64,000 nt of DNA from Octopus vulgaris (taxonomy: Eukaryota), in NCBI GenBank assembly GCA_951406725.2, contig OX597814.1:41540001-41604000 (forward strand). Direction: 5' to 3'. The translations under genes and the position numbers were made by a program. Below the pieces are notes generated by a model. It saw nothing but the letters and a program-made list of their open reading frames with translations, had not been told where the DNA came from and did no database searches. Below, piece by piece: positions 1-12,799 of this stretch. Positions within the stretch are counted from its first letter, which is position 1. Each line of letters starts with the position of its first letter.

Positions 1-189
1 CATGGGGTCGAGAATCTGAAACCCAAACCACAGACCGTCTAGGGGACGCAACTCCACCTTTTTTATCCCTCAAAAAAAATTTACCATCATTTTTTTTCCA
101 TTTTTTTGCTATTTTTTGGCTATAACTCTCTAAAAATGCTTTATAGTTATTTCCCTTACAAACCTGAGCAACGCCGGGCGATACTGCTA

Positions 190-190
<1 letters not shown>
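1..190 (+). mobile_element. 3' part of a non-autonomous Helitron-like element (truncated by window edge)
   Basis: Ends with an imperfect GC hairpin (cctgagcaacgccggg, ~163-178) then CTAG|T at 187-191. It is the reverse-complement homologue of the complete copy at 53975-54336. Confidence 0.75.
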
Positions 191-236
<46 letters not shown>

Positions 237-490
237 TATATATATGTATGTATATATGAATATATGTATGTATCTATATATCAATTTATCTATATGTGTG
301 TGTATGTGTGTGGGTATACATGAAAACATACATGCGTACATACAAAATACATGAATATACGTGTAGCAGCTACACAAGGTTTTATGTTTGCGTGTACAGA
401 GTATTGATTGTCGTTTTATCCTACCACATGTAACATTTATCGATCTATTGATTTTTATTTGCTAGCATGTATTAATTTACACCCACACAC

Positions 491-535
<45 letters not shown>

Positions 536-3227
536 CATATATATGTACGTGCATATAGTGTGTATGCATGAGTGTGCTTTCGTGTGTGGACGTTTGTATG
601 TATATAACACACGCTTACTTTTGTATATAAATGTTCGTGTGTATATAAGTGTGCATGTTATTTTGTTTGATATATATTTGTTTAATGTTTGCTTACATGC
701 ACACACTTGCTATAACACATGCATTAATTCATAAGAGAACCATCCCCAACAATATATAGCTTGACCCAAGTACAAACATTGACTCAATATGAATCATATG
801 AGTATATCAATAATTTACAGAATGGCTTTCATCTACATAGATACAAGTAAAAGATATTATAATTATCCATGTTGTCATAATTTGTGTCTTGTTGTCTTCC
901 TATTCATTCATGATTATTGAGTTCATAAATTATGATAGACATAAATGAACCAGCCCAAGTGATATATTGAATATACGTATTCCATTTAAATGTCCCTGTC
1001 ATCGGTATTATACTTTATTAATATTCTTCATGAAAAAGCGATAGATAGGCAGACGTTATTGAACATCAGATTATAAGTTGTTCACTGTATGTTTACACAG
1101 TTTAACGTTCAAATCCGATAGGGTTCGATTTTTTTCTTCCCTGATGTCAGATTACAAATATGGGGACATATATTGATATTTTATTCTCTTTTGCTATCAT
1201 TCTGTTTGCATTCAACCGGCAAAAATAGATTAAATACTATCCGAAACCTAAATATATTACAAGAACTGGCCTATGGCTTTGAACTGGTAACAATATTTCT
1301 GTAATGCAGAAAATCATTTACATCTATTTATGTATATGCACGTTGTATATGCATATATATGGAGAATTTCGACATGTATCTTTTAAGTACTACTCATTGC
1401 AGCGATATGATATTCGAGAGGGACCCACCCCGATAAATATTTAATATTTACTCTTCGACATTCATATGCATGTTAAATATGTAAATAATTCCGAAAAAAA
1501 TCACATCTAACAAACAAGAATTAAAACAGTAAATGCTGGACTAATCTATGTTTCTTCAAAACAACGTCACGTCGTGCTTTTAAGGTAATTTCTTTGAAGG
1601 AGATACTAGCAAATTATCTTGTTGAAGTCAAATCGGTGTTTGAATGCTCATCATTTCTAAGAAGTTAAGATACAAAACTGACGTGTTGAATGAAAAGGTC
1701 TTTAAAAGTTATAAATTTCTCTTGAAAATTTAAAGAATTCTTGAAAATTAAGGAAATGGATATATGATAGACTTACATGCTGAAAATATTATTTTTGTTA
1801 AATGCTTTTAATCATAACTAAACTGATTCCAAAATTCACGATATGCTGAAAAAGTTATAAATAATATATTTGTAAAGTGTGTGTTATGAATTAATGTGCA
1901 CAATGAATATGGATAACAATTGAACAAAACAGAAATATCACGTCAAATCTTCTATGGAATTATAATTCGGTACTTAGATATGTCCATTTGGTCGTAACGC
2001 AAATTATGATTCGCTTCATTCTTCAGTTGTTGCATTGGAGTCCGTTGCATTAGGAATTCCTTGAAGTTACACCTATTTTTCATCTCATCACCCTATCCAG
2101 AACGCCGGTAGGTCTATTATGTTTCCTCTCAGAATCGAAATTAATAGTGCTAGATTAATTCAGTTACTTGGGTTATAAGACATTGTGTTGTATAAGATAT
2201 GAATATTACCGATTAGGTTATAATATTTTTCCCACTGTAGATAAAGATTTTTTTTTTTAATGAGGACTCTTCCGTATGTCACTGATTATAACACCATTTA
2301 ATAAATTTATATGATATAACTGATATCGTCCTAATATTAAAATTTACCCCTAAAACTGAATTTTTTCTATACTCAATAGATGCATGTATCACGTTCATAA
2401 TAATCAATGTTACTTCATTGTTGTTTAATGACATCTGATGCTGACGGTATGTGCTGTATAAGTGAAAAAAAAGAGAGAAAAAACTATCAAAGGAGATTTC
2501 AATCTATAGTCGGGTTTCATTATATTCTGTCGAATAGAAATATACTCCGCGTTACCACTGAGATAATAGCCATCATACACATAGAAAAGCACGCACCCAC
2601 AAAACAATAATGGCATGTACACATGCATTAGAATACACATACCCGGTAGCACATACACTTACTTCCCGGCGACACACCTACATGCGCACGCACACACAAA
2701 CACAAACATAGACTCGCCCATGAACACACTCACACACACACACAAACACACACACATACACATACGTGAAAATGCAAATTTTCCTAGTAATATCTTGGGT
2801 ATTTAAGTGAAATATGTATTTCAACCCTATCCCTCTCATTCACTTCACAGTCTACAGTTTACAACTTCTTTCATTGTCATTGAACTACACGTTAGTTGTC
2901 TACTTTCATATTTAGCCCCATAATAGTGCAAGGAGAAGAAACATTTGATTGGTGAGGCATATATTGCAGGTCACCCTAAATATTGTGTGATATTTAATTT
3001 AATTCCGTAACAATCTCAAATGAAATCGACGTAATATCAACGTAAATTGTATTATGTATTTCTTAAAAAAGTACGGTGTACAATTCTATCGATTATAAAA
3101 ATTTACATATTAAAATTTTGCTTTTAATGGATTTCGGAAAACGTGAAAAATACATGAGCATGCGTCAATAATAATTCACGCAATAAAATGAGTATGTTGT
3201 CGTTGTTGTTAACATAACTATTATCAT

Positions 3228-3233
3228 TATTGA

Positions 3234-3297
<64 letters not shown>

Positions 3298-3303
3298 ATC
3301 ATC

Positions 3304-3363
<60 letters not shown>
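3228..3363. repeat. (ATT)n microsatellite
   Basis: Directly visible. Confidence 0.97.
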
Positions 3364-3917
3364 GAGTGAGAGAGCAGTTCATGCCATCAAAGTGACACTG
3401 GGGTAAAATATACGAAGCCCAATATACCTATCATGACTACCCGTCTGATAAAGGTACACCAGGCACATGCATCACAAACATATATGCGCGACATGGTGAT
3501 CTCATATCAAGATAAACAGCACATGACCTTGCAGGTGGGGCCCAGTTAGAATTTTCTTCAGGTTGAGTAGCCCATCCCGCTCAAACGGTCCCTGAATAAG
3601 GGTTGTTTAAGGATGTTGAAAGAACCACTCGTGTTTCCAGAGGTGAACTATTCAAACCCCAAAGAATCCCTCTCAACACATGGCTATGATGCTCCCCCAC
3701 TACTTCTGCTCGTGATCAGAGATGCACATATCGTCAGCCACTAAGGGACATGCTCAACTGGTTAAGGTCAAACAACTGACAAGCAAATCTGTGGTATTGA
3801 GCAGAATATTTGCTGTAGCCCATCTTTTATACCAAGACAAAACAATGTACATGATAACACTTCCAATCAGTTAAGATCAGAAGCCATGAGAGCCACTGCC
3901 TGGTACTGCATCAGGGC

Positions 3918-3920
<3 letters not shown>
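3364..3920. mobile_element. Unclassified ~555-bp non-coding interspersed element inserted in an (ATT)n array
   Basis: Block of complex sequence with sharp boundaries, flanked by (ATT)n on both sides. No long ORF and no clear TIR or A/B box seen. Confidence 0.6.
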
Positions 3921-4117
<197 letters not shown>

Positions 4118-4370
4118 TTTTAAAATTAAATATGGCTCGTTGTTTTCTGCTGAACCGGTGTCATCCCTTGACCTTAGGGTCACAGCAGGTCCTCATCTTA
4201 TGGAGAATACACGTTGAAAAATGTGTGCGAAACCTAGCAACACTATTTTCTGAAGTTATCCCACGTAAACACTGCAAGGGAGTTTGTTGCGCTGCTTATC
4301 AAGGCGCTTTTTAACTATCCCTAACGATCCAATCATCACTGGTGCTGTGCTGCTTTTCATTCCAACATCT
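4118..4370 (-). pseudogene. 3' end of an R4/Dong-type non-LTR retrotransposon (RLE C-terminus + 3' UTR) ending in (TAA)n
   Basis: Minus frame reads MKSSTAPVMIGSLGIVKKRLDKQRNKLPCSVYVG*LQKIVLLGFAHIFQRVFSIR*, matching the PVVIGALG...LQKxxLLGTAHILR signature. The 3' end abuts (TAA)n, the known Dong target. Confidence 0.75.
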
Positions 4371-5085
4371 GTAGAGGCAAATCTACAGGCACGGATGTGC
4401 TATCATAAGGGCTTGTCTGATGCGCGTGCATCGTAACAAAACAGTACTGCACGCCCACGTTCAGTGTCAGGGCATTGCTGACTTGTGGGGTTATGTCGAA
4501 AAGCTGTTGCCAGGTGTAGGACGGATCCGTCTGTCGGTCGAAATTGTGGGATGATCGCACTGCCGACCTGCTTCCAATCGGGCAGGCAAGTCAGCTTTCT
4601 TTTGCTTGGTGACTGTGATGAAAGAGGTTGTTTAGTGGATAAGGCTGTAATGTATGAGGAATGATTCATTCCGCTTTGGTAGAGCATTCATTGACTTCTT
4701 CAAGTTTCATTTAAAATTAAGAGTGGAGAAGAAAGGGCTTTCCACGATGAGTATATTGAAAGGTGGATGAATTTTGCGAAAATTGCGAGAGTGTATGTTA
4801 CCTTTCTAAGGGTAGACCTGTGAGTCGATAACAAGTAATTGGAGAAGGCACTTGCTTCTGAGGTTTCAGGGAATTATCAGACAGTGGGGTTCCTCGATTA
4901 TCTCAGAAGACCTCCTGCATTAGGAGAGCCACAGTTCTATCATTCTCTCAGAACTTTTTGTTTTCGTAAAACTTTTTCAGTGTATACTTACAATTCTTAT
5001 GATTATTTCATTATATGTGAACAGGCCCACTATATGTCTGTCTTTGTATTGTCACCCTCATCCTTAATCCTAGTGGAAAATAAAG
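4370..5085 (+). pseudogene. 3' fragment of an L1/Tx1-clade LINE (CCHC knuckle region, C-terminus, 3' UTR)
   Basis: Degenerate ...KTVLHAHVQCQGIADLWGYVEKLL...FIDFFKFHLK...ERWMNFAKIARV with stops and frameshifts; ends near AATAAA at ~5079. Confidence 0.6.
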
Positions 5086-5127
5086 GAAATCATCATCATC
5101 ATCATCGTCATCATTATTATTATTAGA

Positions 5128-5315
5128 AAGGCAGCGAAATGATTCGCGGTATTACCACTGTCACTACGTTCTAAGTTCAAATTCCGCCGAGATCGACTTT
5201 ACCTTACATTATATCGGGGTCTATGATCTTAGTAGCAATGAAACACTGGAGTCGATGTAATCAACCAGTCCCCTCGCACCAAATTTCGGACTGTGTGCAT
5301 TTTGTAGAAAATATT
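5128..5315 (+). mobile_element. Degenerate tRNA-derived SINE (family B here)
   Basis: B-box-like gttcaaattccgcc and a body homologous to the younger copy at 10659-10894. Confidence 0.7.
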
Positions 5316-5599
5316 ATTATTAATGTTGCCCTTGTTGTTGTCATTGTTGTTGTTTTTATTTTTATTATTTAAATATTTAGATGTCAGCAAAAGCTAGGAT
5401 TAGACACATGTTAACAAATTTAGGCATGCACAAATATACGTATATATATATATATATACATAGAGATACAAATATACATATATACGTACGATACATGTGG
5501 TGCGAATGGTTTTGTTATACCGAGTTTTATTATGTCATTAAGTATGAAATTTGTAGTAAGTATATAAATATGACTTACGATATATAAATACAAGGAATA

Positions 5600-6700
5600 A
5601 TTATATTCATCAAATTATGCTCCAATATTGTAAATACAAGTTTTCCATTTCAGCGGTAGTTTGTCCAGCCCGGAACGGGCAATCTAGAGTTAATAAACTC
5701 TTGGAAGGCCTGTTTTACAGCATCGTCAGAATTAAATATTTTCCTTTCAAAAAGTAGTAGTCAGTGGGGGCAAGATCAGAAGTGTATGGTGGCAGATGGA
5801 GTACTTCCAATTCATTTAGCTTCGCCAATGTCATTTTTTCGATGTGTGGTCTGGCGTTGTCTTCCAATAAAATAGAGTGGGTCTGTTGAATAGGATTAGG
5901 CTGCTTTTAAGTTTCTGCTTTTAAGTTTCTGCATTGTTTGGTCTAGTTGGCTGCAGTATACTTCGGCCGTAGTTGATGAGCCAGGTTTAATGAAATCATA
6001 ATGGGTCACGCCTCCACTAGACCACAAAACACACATCATTAGCTTCTTTGATGAATTCAGCTTTTGGACTTTGTTTTAGTAGCTCGTCTTTGTCCAACCG
6101 TTGTGCTGAACGTTTACGGTTGTTGTATTGGGTCCATTTTTCATCACATGTTACAATTCGATTAACAAATGATTCAATTTTGTGGCGAGAAAGTAGCATA
6201 ATGCAGGCTTCCAAATGTTGCTGTTTCTGATTTTCATTGAGCTCATGTGGAACCTACTTATACAAATATTTAACTTTACCGATTTCAATTACGTAAATAA
6301 TCCACGTCATTATCCACCTTTGTTTCTGGTCGACTGTATTTCTCATTTGTGAGGTCAATGTTACCAGAACGAAATTTTGCAAACCAATTTGATACTGTCT
6401 GCTGTGTAATAATATTAGAATGAAATTCTTCATTAATATTACGAGCTGTCTGTGATGCTGTATTTCCAAGAAAGAACTAATACTTCAAAACTACGAATTT
6501 CCGACTTATCCATCACTAAGCACAATTAGCAAAAGACGATTTTTAAATAATTTATAAAGCGCAAAATGAGTTAGAATAAAGAAAGAGATGTGTCAGCTTT
6601 CTAGTAAGAAATACTTTCAAAGTATCATAATGGCGCAGAATGAGCAGCTGCCAAAATTTATCATATAACTTACTAAAAGTTCATACTTGAGGCCCTAATA
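5600..6700 (-). pseudogene. Mariner (Tc1/mariner) transposon relic
   Basis: Minus-strand fragments IVTCDEKWTQYNNRKRSAQ, LLEDNARPHI and a degenerate YSPDLAP-DY region; multiple stops and frameshifts. Confidence 0.85.
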
Positions 6701-7505
6701 CAATCCTGTAAATAATAATGCTGTTATTTATATGCGCCTGAGACTCGAGCCTACATCCCTTTCTCAAAGCAGCTAAGTGCGTTACCCTTACCAGCCAATT
6801 GGATTGCCTGCTTCTGTCAAATTTATGGACTATAGTAATTCGTAGTTGTTTTTTATAAACAAACTTCTATGTACTTTCCGACGCGAATGGTTGTATTTTT
6901 TATACTGCGTGGAATTTCACAATCCTGTAAATAACAATAATGGTATTTATATACGCTTAAACCTTATGGCGGTCACCGTGCAATGCCTAATATAGATAGT
7001 CATATAAGACCACGGCAGAAAAAATTAGCTTGTGTAATGGTAAAAAAACTTAGTCGCGTTAAAAATTGATGTGGCAAGTGGATGGAAAAAACGACTAGTT
7101 TTACTGTTGAGAGCCTGTATGCCCCATTATTAGATTATTTTTGTTAGTCATTGCATTTTGATTGCAATAAGCTTTAAGCTTATATAAATATCATTGTTAT
7201 TATTTACAGGATTGTAAAAGTCGGCACCGTATAGCAAAATCAATTCCACCGAAATCACATCAAAGTTTGTTTACTCACTACTCACTAACATAGTTATTAA
7301 ATTTGAGAGAAGCTGGGCGGTTGATTGGCTGGTGTAATAGTAACACACTCTATCTCGTTAACAAAAGCATGTGGTTTCGAGTACCAGGCGGATAGGAAAG
7401 CTTACTTTTTTCTGTCGAGGTCTTATATGTCACATTATTAGTCTATTTTCTTTTTTATTGCACGGTGTTCGCTGTAAATTTTAAGCTAATATAAATAACA
7501 TTATA
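6700..7505. repeat. Old permuted, inverted repeat cluster with tRNA-like (A/B box) segments
   Basis: 6735-6975 is homologous to the reverse complement of 7160-7390, and 6945-7030 to the reverse complement of 7395-7500. The motif caatcctgtaaataa occurs at 6701 and 6920, and inverted at ~7200. Confidence 0.55.
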
Positions 7506-8461
7506 CATGCATATGTTGTCATTCGTACTCAGTGTGAGATCACTGGTTTAATCCTTGTCGCTCTGTGAGTGTGTAGAATTTTAATTACTTGACTGCCTGT
7601 GTAAGTGTGTGATATAACAAACTTGGTTACAGTGAACAAGTAATTCATTTCGCATAATATGAAGCAGATACACTGTAGTAATAAAATGAATGTTTTTTTA
7701 ATGAATAAATATATCAATAAAAACCTCTCATTAAGAGAATATAGCTCGTAAGACACCTAACCATTATATCATATTAAGTGTATTTTATTAAAAAAATCAG
7801 AGTAAAATTTCTCTTCTTAAACACGCTCAACAGACTGAAAGTTCCAACACACAGAAAATTTCATCATGTACATATGTTATTTGTCAATTTCATGTAAACA
7901 CTTGTAAACGTCATGCCTCCACATTTTACATTTGAAATAGAAGCATCACTATGTTTGCCGTCGACGGAGATATATCTAGGAGTGATTCCATTGCGAATAG
8001 TTGACAATCAGAGTAGAAATCTCTGACACTAACACTCGATAATTAAGCAAATCCACTACGATGTTGTGTAAAGAAAATATGTCATTATTAGTATTAACAC
8101 CATACACACTTAATTATATAGACAGACGGTACGAATAGTTCAGATGAAGTCCTATATAATAATATAAGCAACATAGATTATTTCATCACAGGTAGCCTCT
8201 ATTCCTTTAAAAACATTTGTTATTTGCCGCAGAACACGCTGAAAGCAGGTAACTGTATCAGTTTAAATTTAGAAATGAGTCTCGAAAATCCATGAATTTA
8301 AAGAGAAAATATCTCTGTGATTATTAATTTCTTCAGCAGTACATGAAACAGTAGGTAGGAAATATAAAAAAAATCTCGTTCACTAAAGAAGATCAAACTT
8401 TAAAACAATCGGGTATTTTGAATATTGTCAAGGAAGTCACAACTTACCGTTGCTTATACTG

Positions 8462-8512
<51 letters not shown>

Positions 8513-8644
8513 GGGGGATATGCTCCCAAGGAATATCTGTGATGATACAATCAACGATTTCCACCGACTTTCCAGTTATATTTTACATAATACTTTACAT
8601 ACACGCATACATAAAATTATACAGATGTTTTTTATGAAAAGTAT

Positions 8645-8690
<46 letters not shown>

Positions 8691-8695
<5 letters not shown>

Positions 8696-10163
8696 TAACG
8701 ATAAACTGCCCAGGGCGCTAAAAGAAGGCACCATATGCCCTATCCACAAAGGAGGGAGTAGAGCAGAGGCCAAAAACTACAGACCAGTCTCCCTGACGTC
8801 ACACATAAGTAAGGTCATGGAACGAATCATCAGAAAAAAACTGATCACGTTCCTCGAAGAAACTAACCGTCTCACTGACACGCAGCATGGCTTTCGCCCA
8901 GGAAGAAGCTGCCTTACGCAGCTGTTACAACACTACGACTGGGTACTGAAACAACTACTGGATCGCTCACAGGTGGATGTGGTATATCTCGACTTTGCGA
9001 AGGCCTTTGACAAAGTCGACCACGGAGTGATATGTCACAAATTACTCAGACTCGGCATAACAGGAAAAGTAGGTGAGTGGATACATGACTTCCTGAAGGA
9101 CAGAAGCCAGATGGTTGCAGCCAATGGAGCCCCCTCGGGAAAGACACCAATAGCAAGCGGGGTGCCACAGGGCACAGTCTTGGGACCCTTGCTGTTTTTG
9201 GTGGCGCTCTCTGACATGCCCCTGGTTGCACAAACAACATCCCTCACTAGCTATGCTGATGACACAAAGGTAGCACAGGCAATCAAAAACCCAGCTGATG
9301 CTGACCTTTTGCAACAAGATCTGGATGCCATATACAAATGGGCTGAAGACAACAACATGCAATTTAATGCTGGTAAATTTCAAGCCTTACAATATCAAGC
9401 TGTAAACACATATACATTACAACACAACTATACTGGTTCAGGAGGGATCGAAATCCCAGTATCGAAATCAATACGGGACCTGGGGATAGACATGAGTGAC
9501 GATGCATCTTTTTCTTCACACATCGCGAAGGTGGCGACAATGTGCAGACGACTCACTGGCTGGATCCTGAGGACATTCCGGACAAGAGACTGCGAGACCA
9601 TGTTGACACTATGGAGGACATTTGTCCTAAGCCGCCTGGACTACTGCTCCCAACTGTGGTCACCGCATAGTGTCAAACTAACCACAGAGCTTGAGACAAT
9701 CCAAAGACATTTCACCAAGAGGATTTCCACCATGAAAGAAAAGAACTATTGGGAGAGGCTTAGGGAACTCAATTTGTACTCCTTGGAACGAAGACGAGAG
9801 AGATATGCAGTGATATACATATGGAAAATCCTGGAGGGACTAGCACCAAATTTTGGAATTGAGAGCTCTTCCAATCCCCGTATAGGACGTCACTGTGTGG
9901 TGCCAAAGGTCCCGTCTTCCACATCCAGGGTAAGGAGCAGATACTGTAATAGCCTGGGGTTCAGGGGCCCTCAGCTGTTCAACAAACTGCCAAGAAAACT
10001 AAGAGATCTACATGATGCGGATGTGTACATTTTCAAAAAACATCTAGACAAGCTGCTTTCCGGCATCCCAGATGAACCCACTGCAAGGTACGAAGGTAAC
10101 CTGAGGGCAGCAGCTACAAACTCTCTCTTAGATCAGTGGCCAGCCACGGCAAACTGGACTTAG
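8691..10163 (+). CDS. Reverse transcriptase (LINE ORF2 RT domain + C-terminus, no endonuclease; 490 aa from ATG 8691)
   Basis: NYRPVSLTS, QHGFRPGRSC, YLDFAKAFDKVDH, SGVPQGTVLGPLLF, YADDTK, RDLG, SLERRR. The N-terminal part of the 8418 ORF is microsatellite-derived. Confidence 0.88.
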
Positions 10164-10236
10164 AGAGGGTAGCAACAAGGGCGGTGCCCCACCATGGGCT
10201 CACCCGGATGGCTCAAACAAGTAAAAGAGTAAAAGA

Positions 10237-10238
<2 letters not shown>
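8691..10238 (+). mobile_element. Young 5'-truncated CR1/L2-group LINE inserted in (TA)n
   Basis: Uninterrupted RT ORF, short 3' UTR and (GTAAAAGA)-type tail repeat; (TA)n on both sides. Confidence 0.93.
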
Positions 10239-10272
<34 letters not shown>

Positions 10273-10290
10273 TCTTTTACTCTTTTACTT

Positions 10291-10944
<654 letters not shown>

Positions 10945-10945
<1 letters not shown>

Positions 10946-11945
10946 TAGAAGAACTGAGGTACAATTAAGTGGTATAAAAGTCATTATTATAAATTGTTAA
11001 AGAAGATTCGGAGTCATAGCGGTATCGTCATCAGCTGTTCACTGACTTTGAACGAGCACCGATTTTCAAACAGTGTCGCGTTTAATAGCCCCTGAGTGAA
11101 AAGATTATATGCAAGGTAGGTAATTAGTTCTGTAAGTGGTTTAATTAGGGTAGATATAAATACTGTAATATGAATGGTCTATGGGATGTATGGAAATTGG
11201 TAGTATTATTGGTTAATTAGTAGAGTCCTGTATTATGTCGTGTGTTCATGCTGAGTTGTAGATGAACTTTATTAATGACAGTTGTCTATCTATTTATTCG
11301 TTGCTCTACTGGGGTGTTCTGTGAGCACTGATAGAAAGTAAAAATTAGGAAGTTCGGTTTAAGGTTCTCAGCACAACTTTCTATGTGTTCATTGAACTAT
11401 ATCTGTCTGTATTGGGGGCAGCAGATTTTTCTTTGTGAATAGTAGTTCTTCATCGGCGAGACATTCCTCTTTGGCCTATATAGTGATTTTCGCAGCCTAA
11501 ACAGGTAATAGCATAGATTAGGTTTTCCGAGGGACAGGTGAAATGTGATTTTTCTTAAACAGTTCACCTTGTTTAAAGTGGAACTTTGTACCTTGCAAAA
11601 TGTGGGAGCATATACTACATTTAGCTCGCACTCATTTTTTAACTTTTGGTTCCGTTGTTAATGGATATATAGTCTCGTGCTGGTTAATGTTTTTCAATGA
11701 TTTCAGTTGCATATTACGCTTGATAATTTTGTGTGAGCCTAAAAGTGTGTTCATTGTTTTATCTCCTGTGAGAATGGGTAGATTGTTTATGATGATATTA
11801 GAGGCCTCATTATTTCTAGGTTGTGTGTGGCGATGTATGGGAGTATTTTTAAGTCTGGTGTAGTATTTCAGTTGACATTCCTTAATGTTTGTATATGAAA
11901 CTCCTTTGCTCGTCTAATTCCATCATTTATTAATGGTGTTGGAGA
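10945..11945 (-). pseudogene. Degenerate Penelope-like element 3' part (GIY-YIG endonuclease + 3' UTR)
   Basis: Minus strand FTCPSENLIYAITCLGCENHYIGQ...PQYRQI*FNEHIESCAENLKPNFLIFTFYQC, clearly homologous to the 19901-20965 protein. Confidence 0.85.
11012..11047 (-). ncRNA. Minimal hammerhead-like motif with G3-C8 core variant (degenerate)
   Basis: Minus strand agtca-GTGAACA-gctgatgac-GATA-ccgc-TA-tgact: 5-bp stem I; lies in the PLE 3' UTR. Confidence 0.4.
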
Positions 11946-12276
11946 CTTTCTCTTCATTTGTATTGATCTATCTGCATCTCTCTATTCATCTTTCTATAAC
12001 ATTCCCTTCATTTATTTCTATCTCTCCATCTATATCCCTCCATTCATCTCTATCTCTATATCTATCTATCTCTCTGTATCTACCTGTCTATATCTTATCT
12101 ATATATCTACAAATATTTTATTTGTCTACATGGCTAGCTTTTTTTCCTTTCTCCCTCTCTCTATATCCCACACCCTTTTTTTCACTTTCATTTTATGCAG
12201 ATATTTTTACCCTTTAATTTCAATCGATATTGTTTTCACTCTAAATTTTCAATACCTATTTACAAACATAAACGAC

Positions 12277-12490
12277 AAATTACTGACAGAAAGAAGTTCA
12301 CAGTTACTGATGAAAGTAATTTCATATATAATTTACTGACAGGAGTAACTTCATAAATTTCACTTAAAACAGTACACTTTGTTAAATTTTAGTACAAATT
12401 TCTTATTTACTTTCGCAACTTTTTTCTTTTATTTTTGACAGAATTACTGAAAAATGTAACTTAATAATTTACTGACAGAAGTAACTTCAA
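12277..12490 (+). repeat. Degenerate ~24-29 bp minisatellite (aatttactgacagaagtaacttca), 3+2 copies
   Basis: Units at ~12277, 12301, 12330, 12441, 12465. Confidence 0.6.
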
Positions 12491-12799
12491 AAATTAACTT
12501 ATTTAATTTCCCTAAAAAAATATTTTTAACTTTTGCAACGGTTTAGAGGTTTTCTGATGGTAACATATTTTTCCGGTTCCTTCAATGCTGGCTCTTTGGT
12601 TCTCTCACAAATTTCGCTTCAAACCGTACACTTCTTTAGTTTCCGTAAAAATGTCCTGTTTACTTTCTGCCCGTCGTATTAAGAAATATAATTTCCGTTA
12701 CGCAGTTATTTTCATCGTATTCTATCTTCCCCACCAGTGTACTTCTGTATACGTATAAAACTACGCCTAGAAGCCAAGTGAGGAAGGTGAGCGAAAATA

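Noticed and set aside
106-734. YIYIYI/THTHTH/CVCVCV/IYLS-type ORFs here and throughout the window (e.g. 26156-26701, 36673-37856, 59398-60358)
   Set aside because: They are translations of stop-free microsatellites; no coding signal.
2028-2107. Possible small exon (cttcag|...cg|gtaggt)
   Set aside because: No recognisable peptide and no other supporting exons; such motifs arise by chance.
7325-7392. tRNA gene
   Set aside because: Only A/B-box-like remnants; no complete cloverleaf could be folded. The same applies to the SINE heads.
8418-8690. N-terminal 91 aa of the 581-aa ORF
   Set aside because: Flanking DNA and microsatellites that happen to be in frame; RT homology starts at 8691.
12277-12490. 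CRISPR-like short repeats
   Set aside because: Eukaryotic context, degenerate adjacent units without unique regular spacers, and no cas genes.
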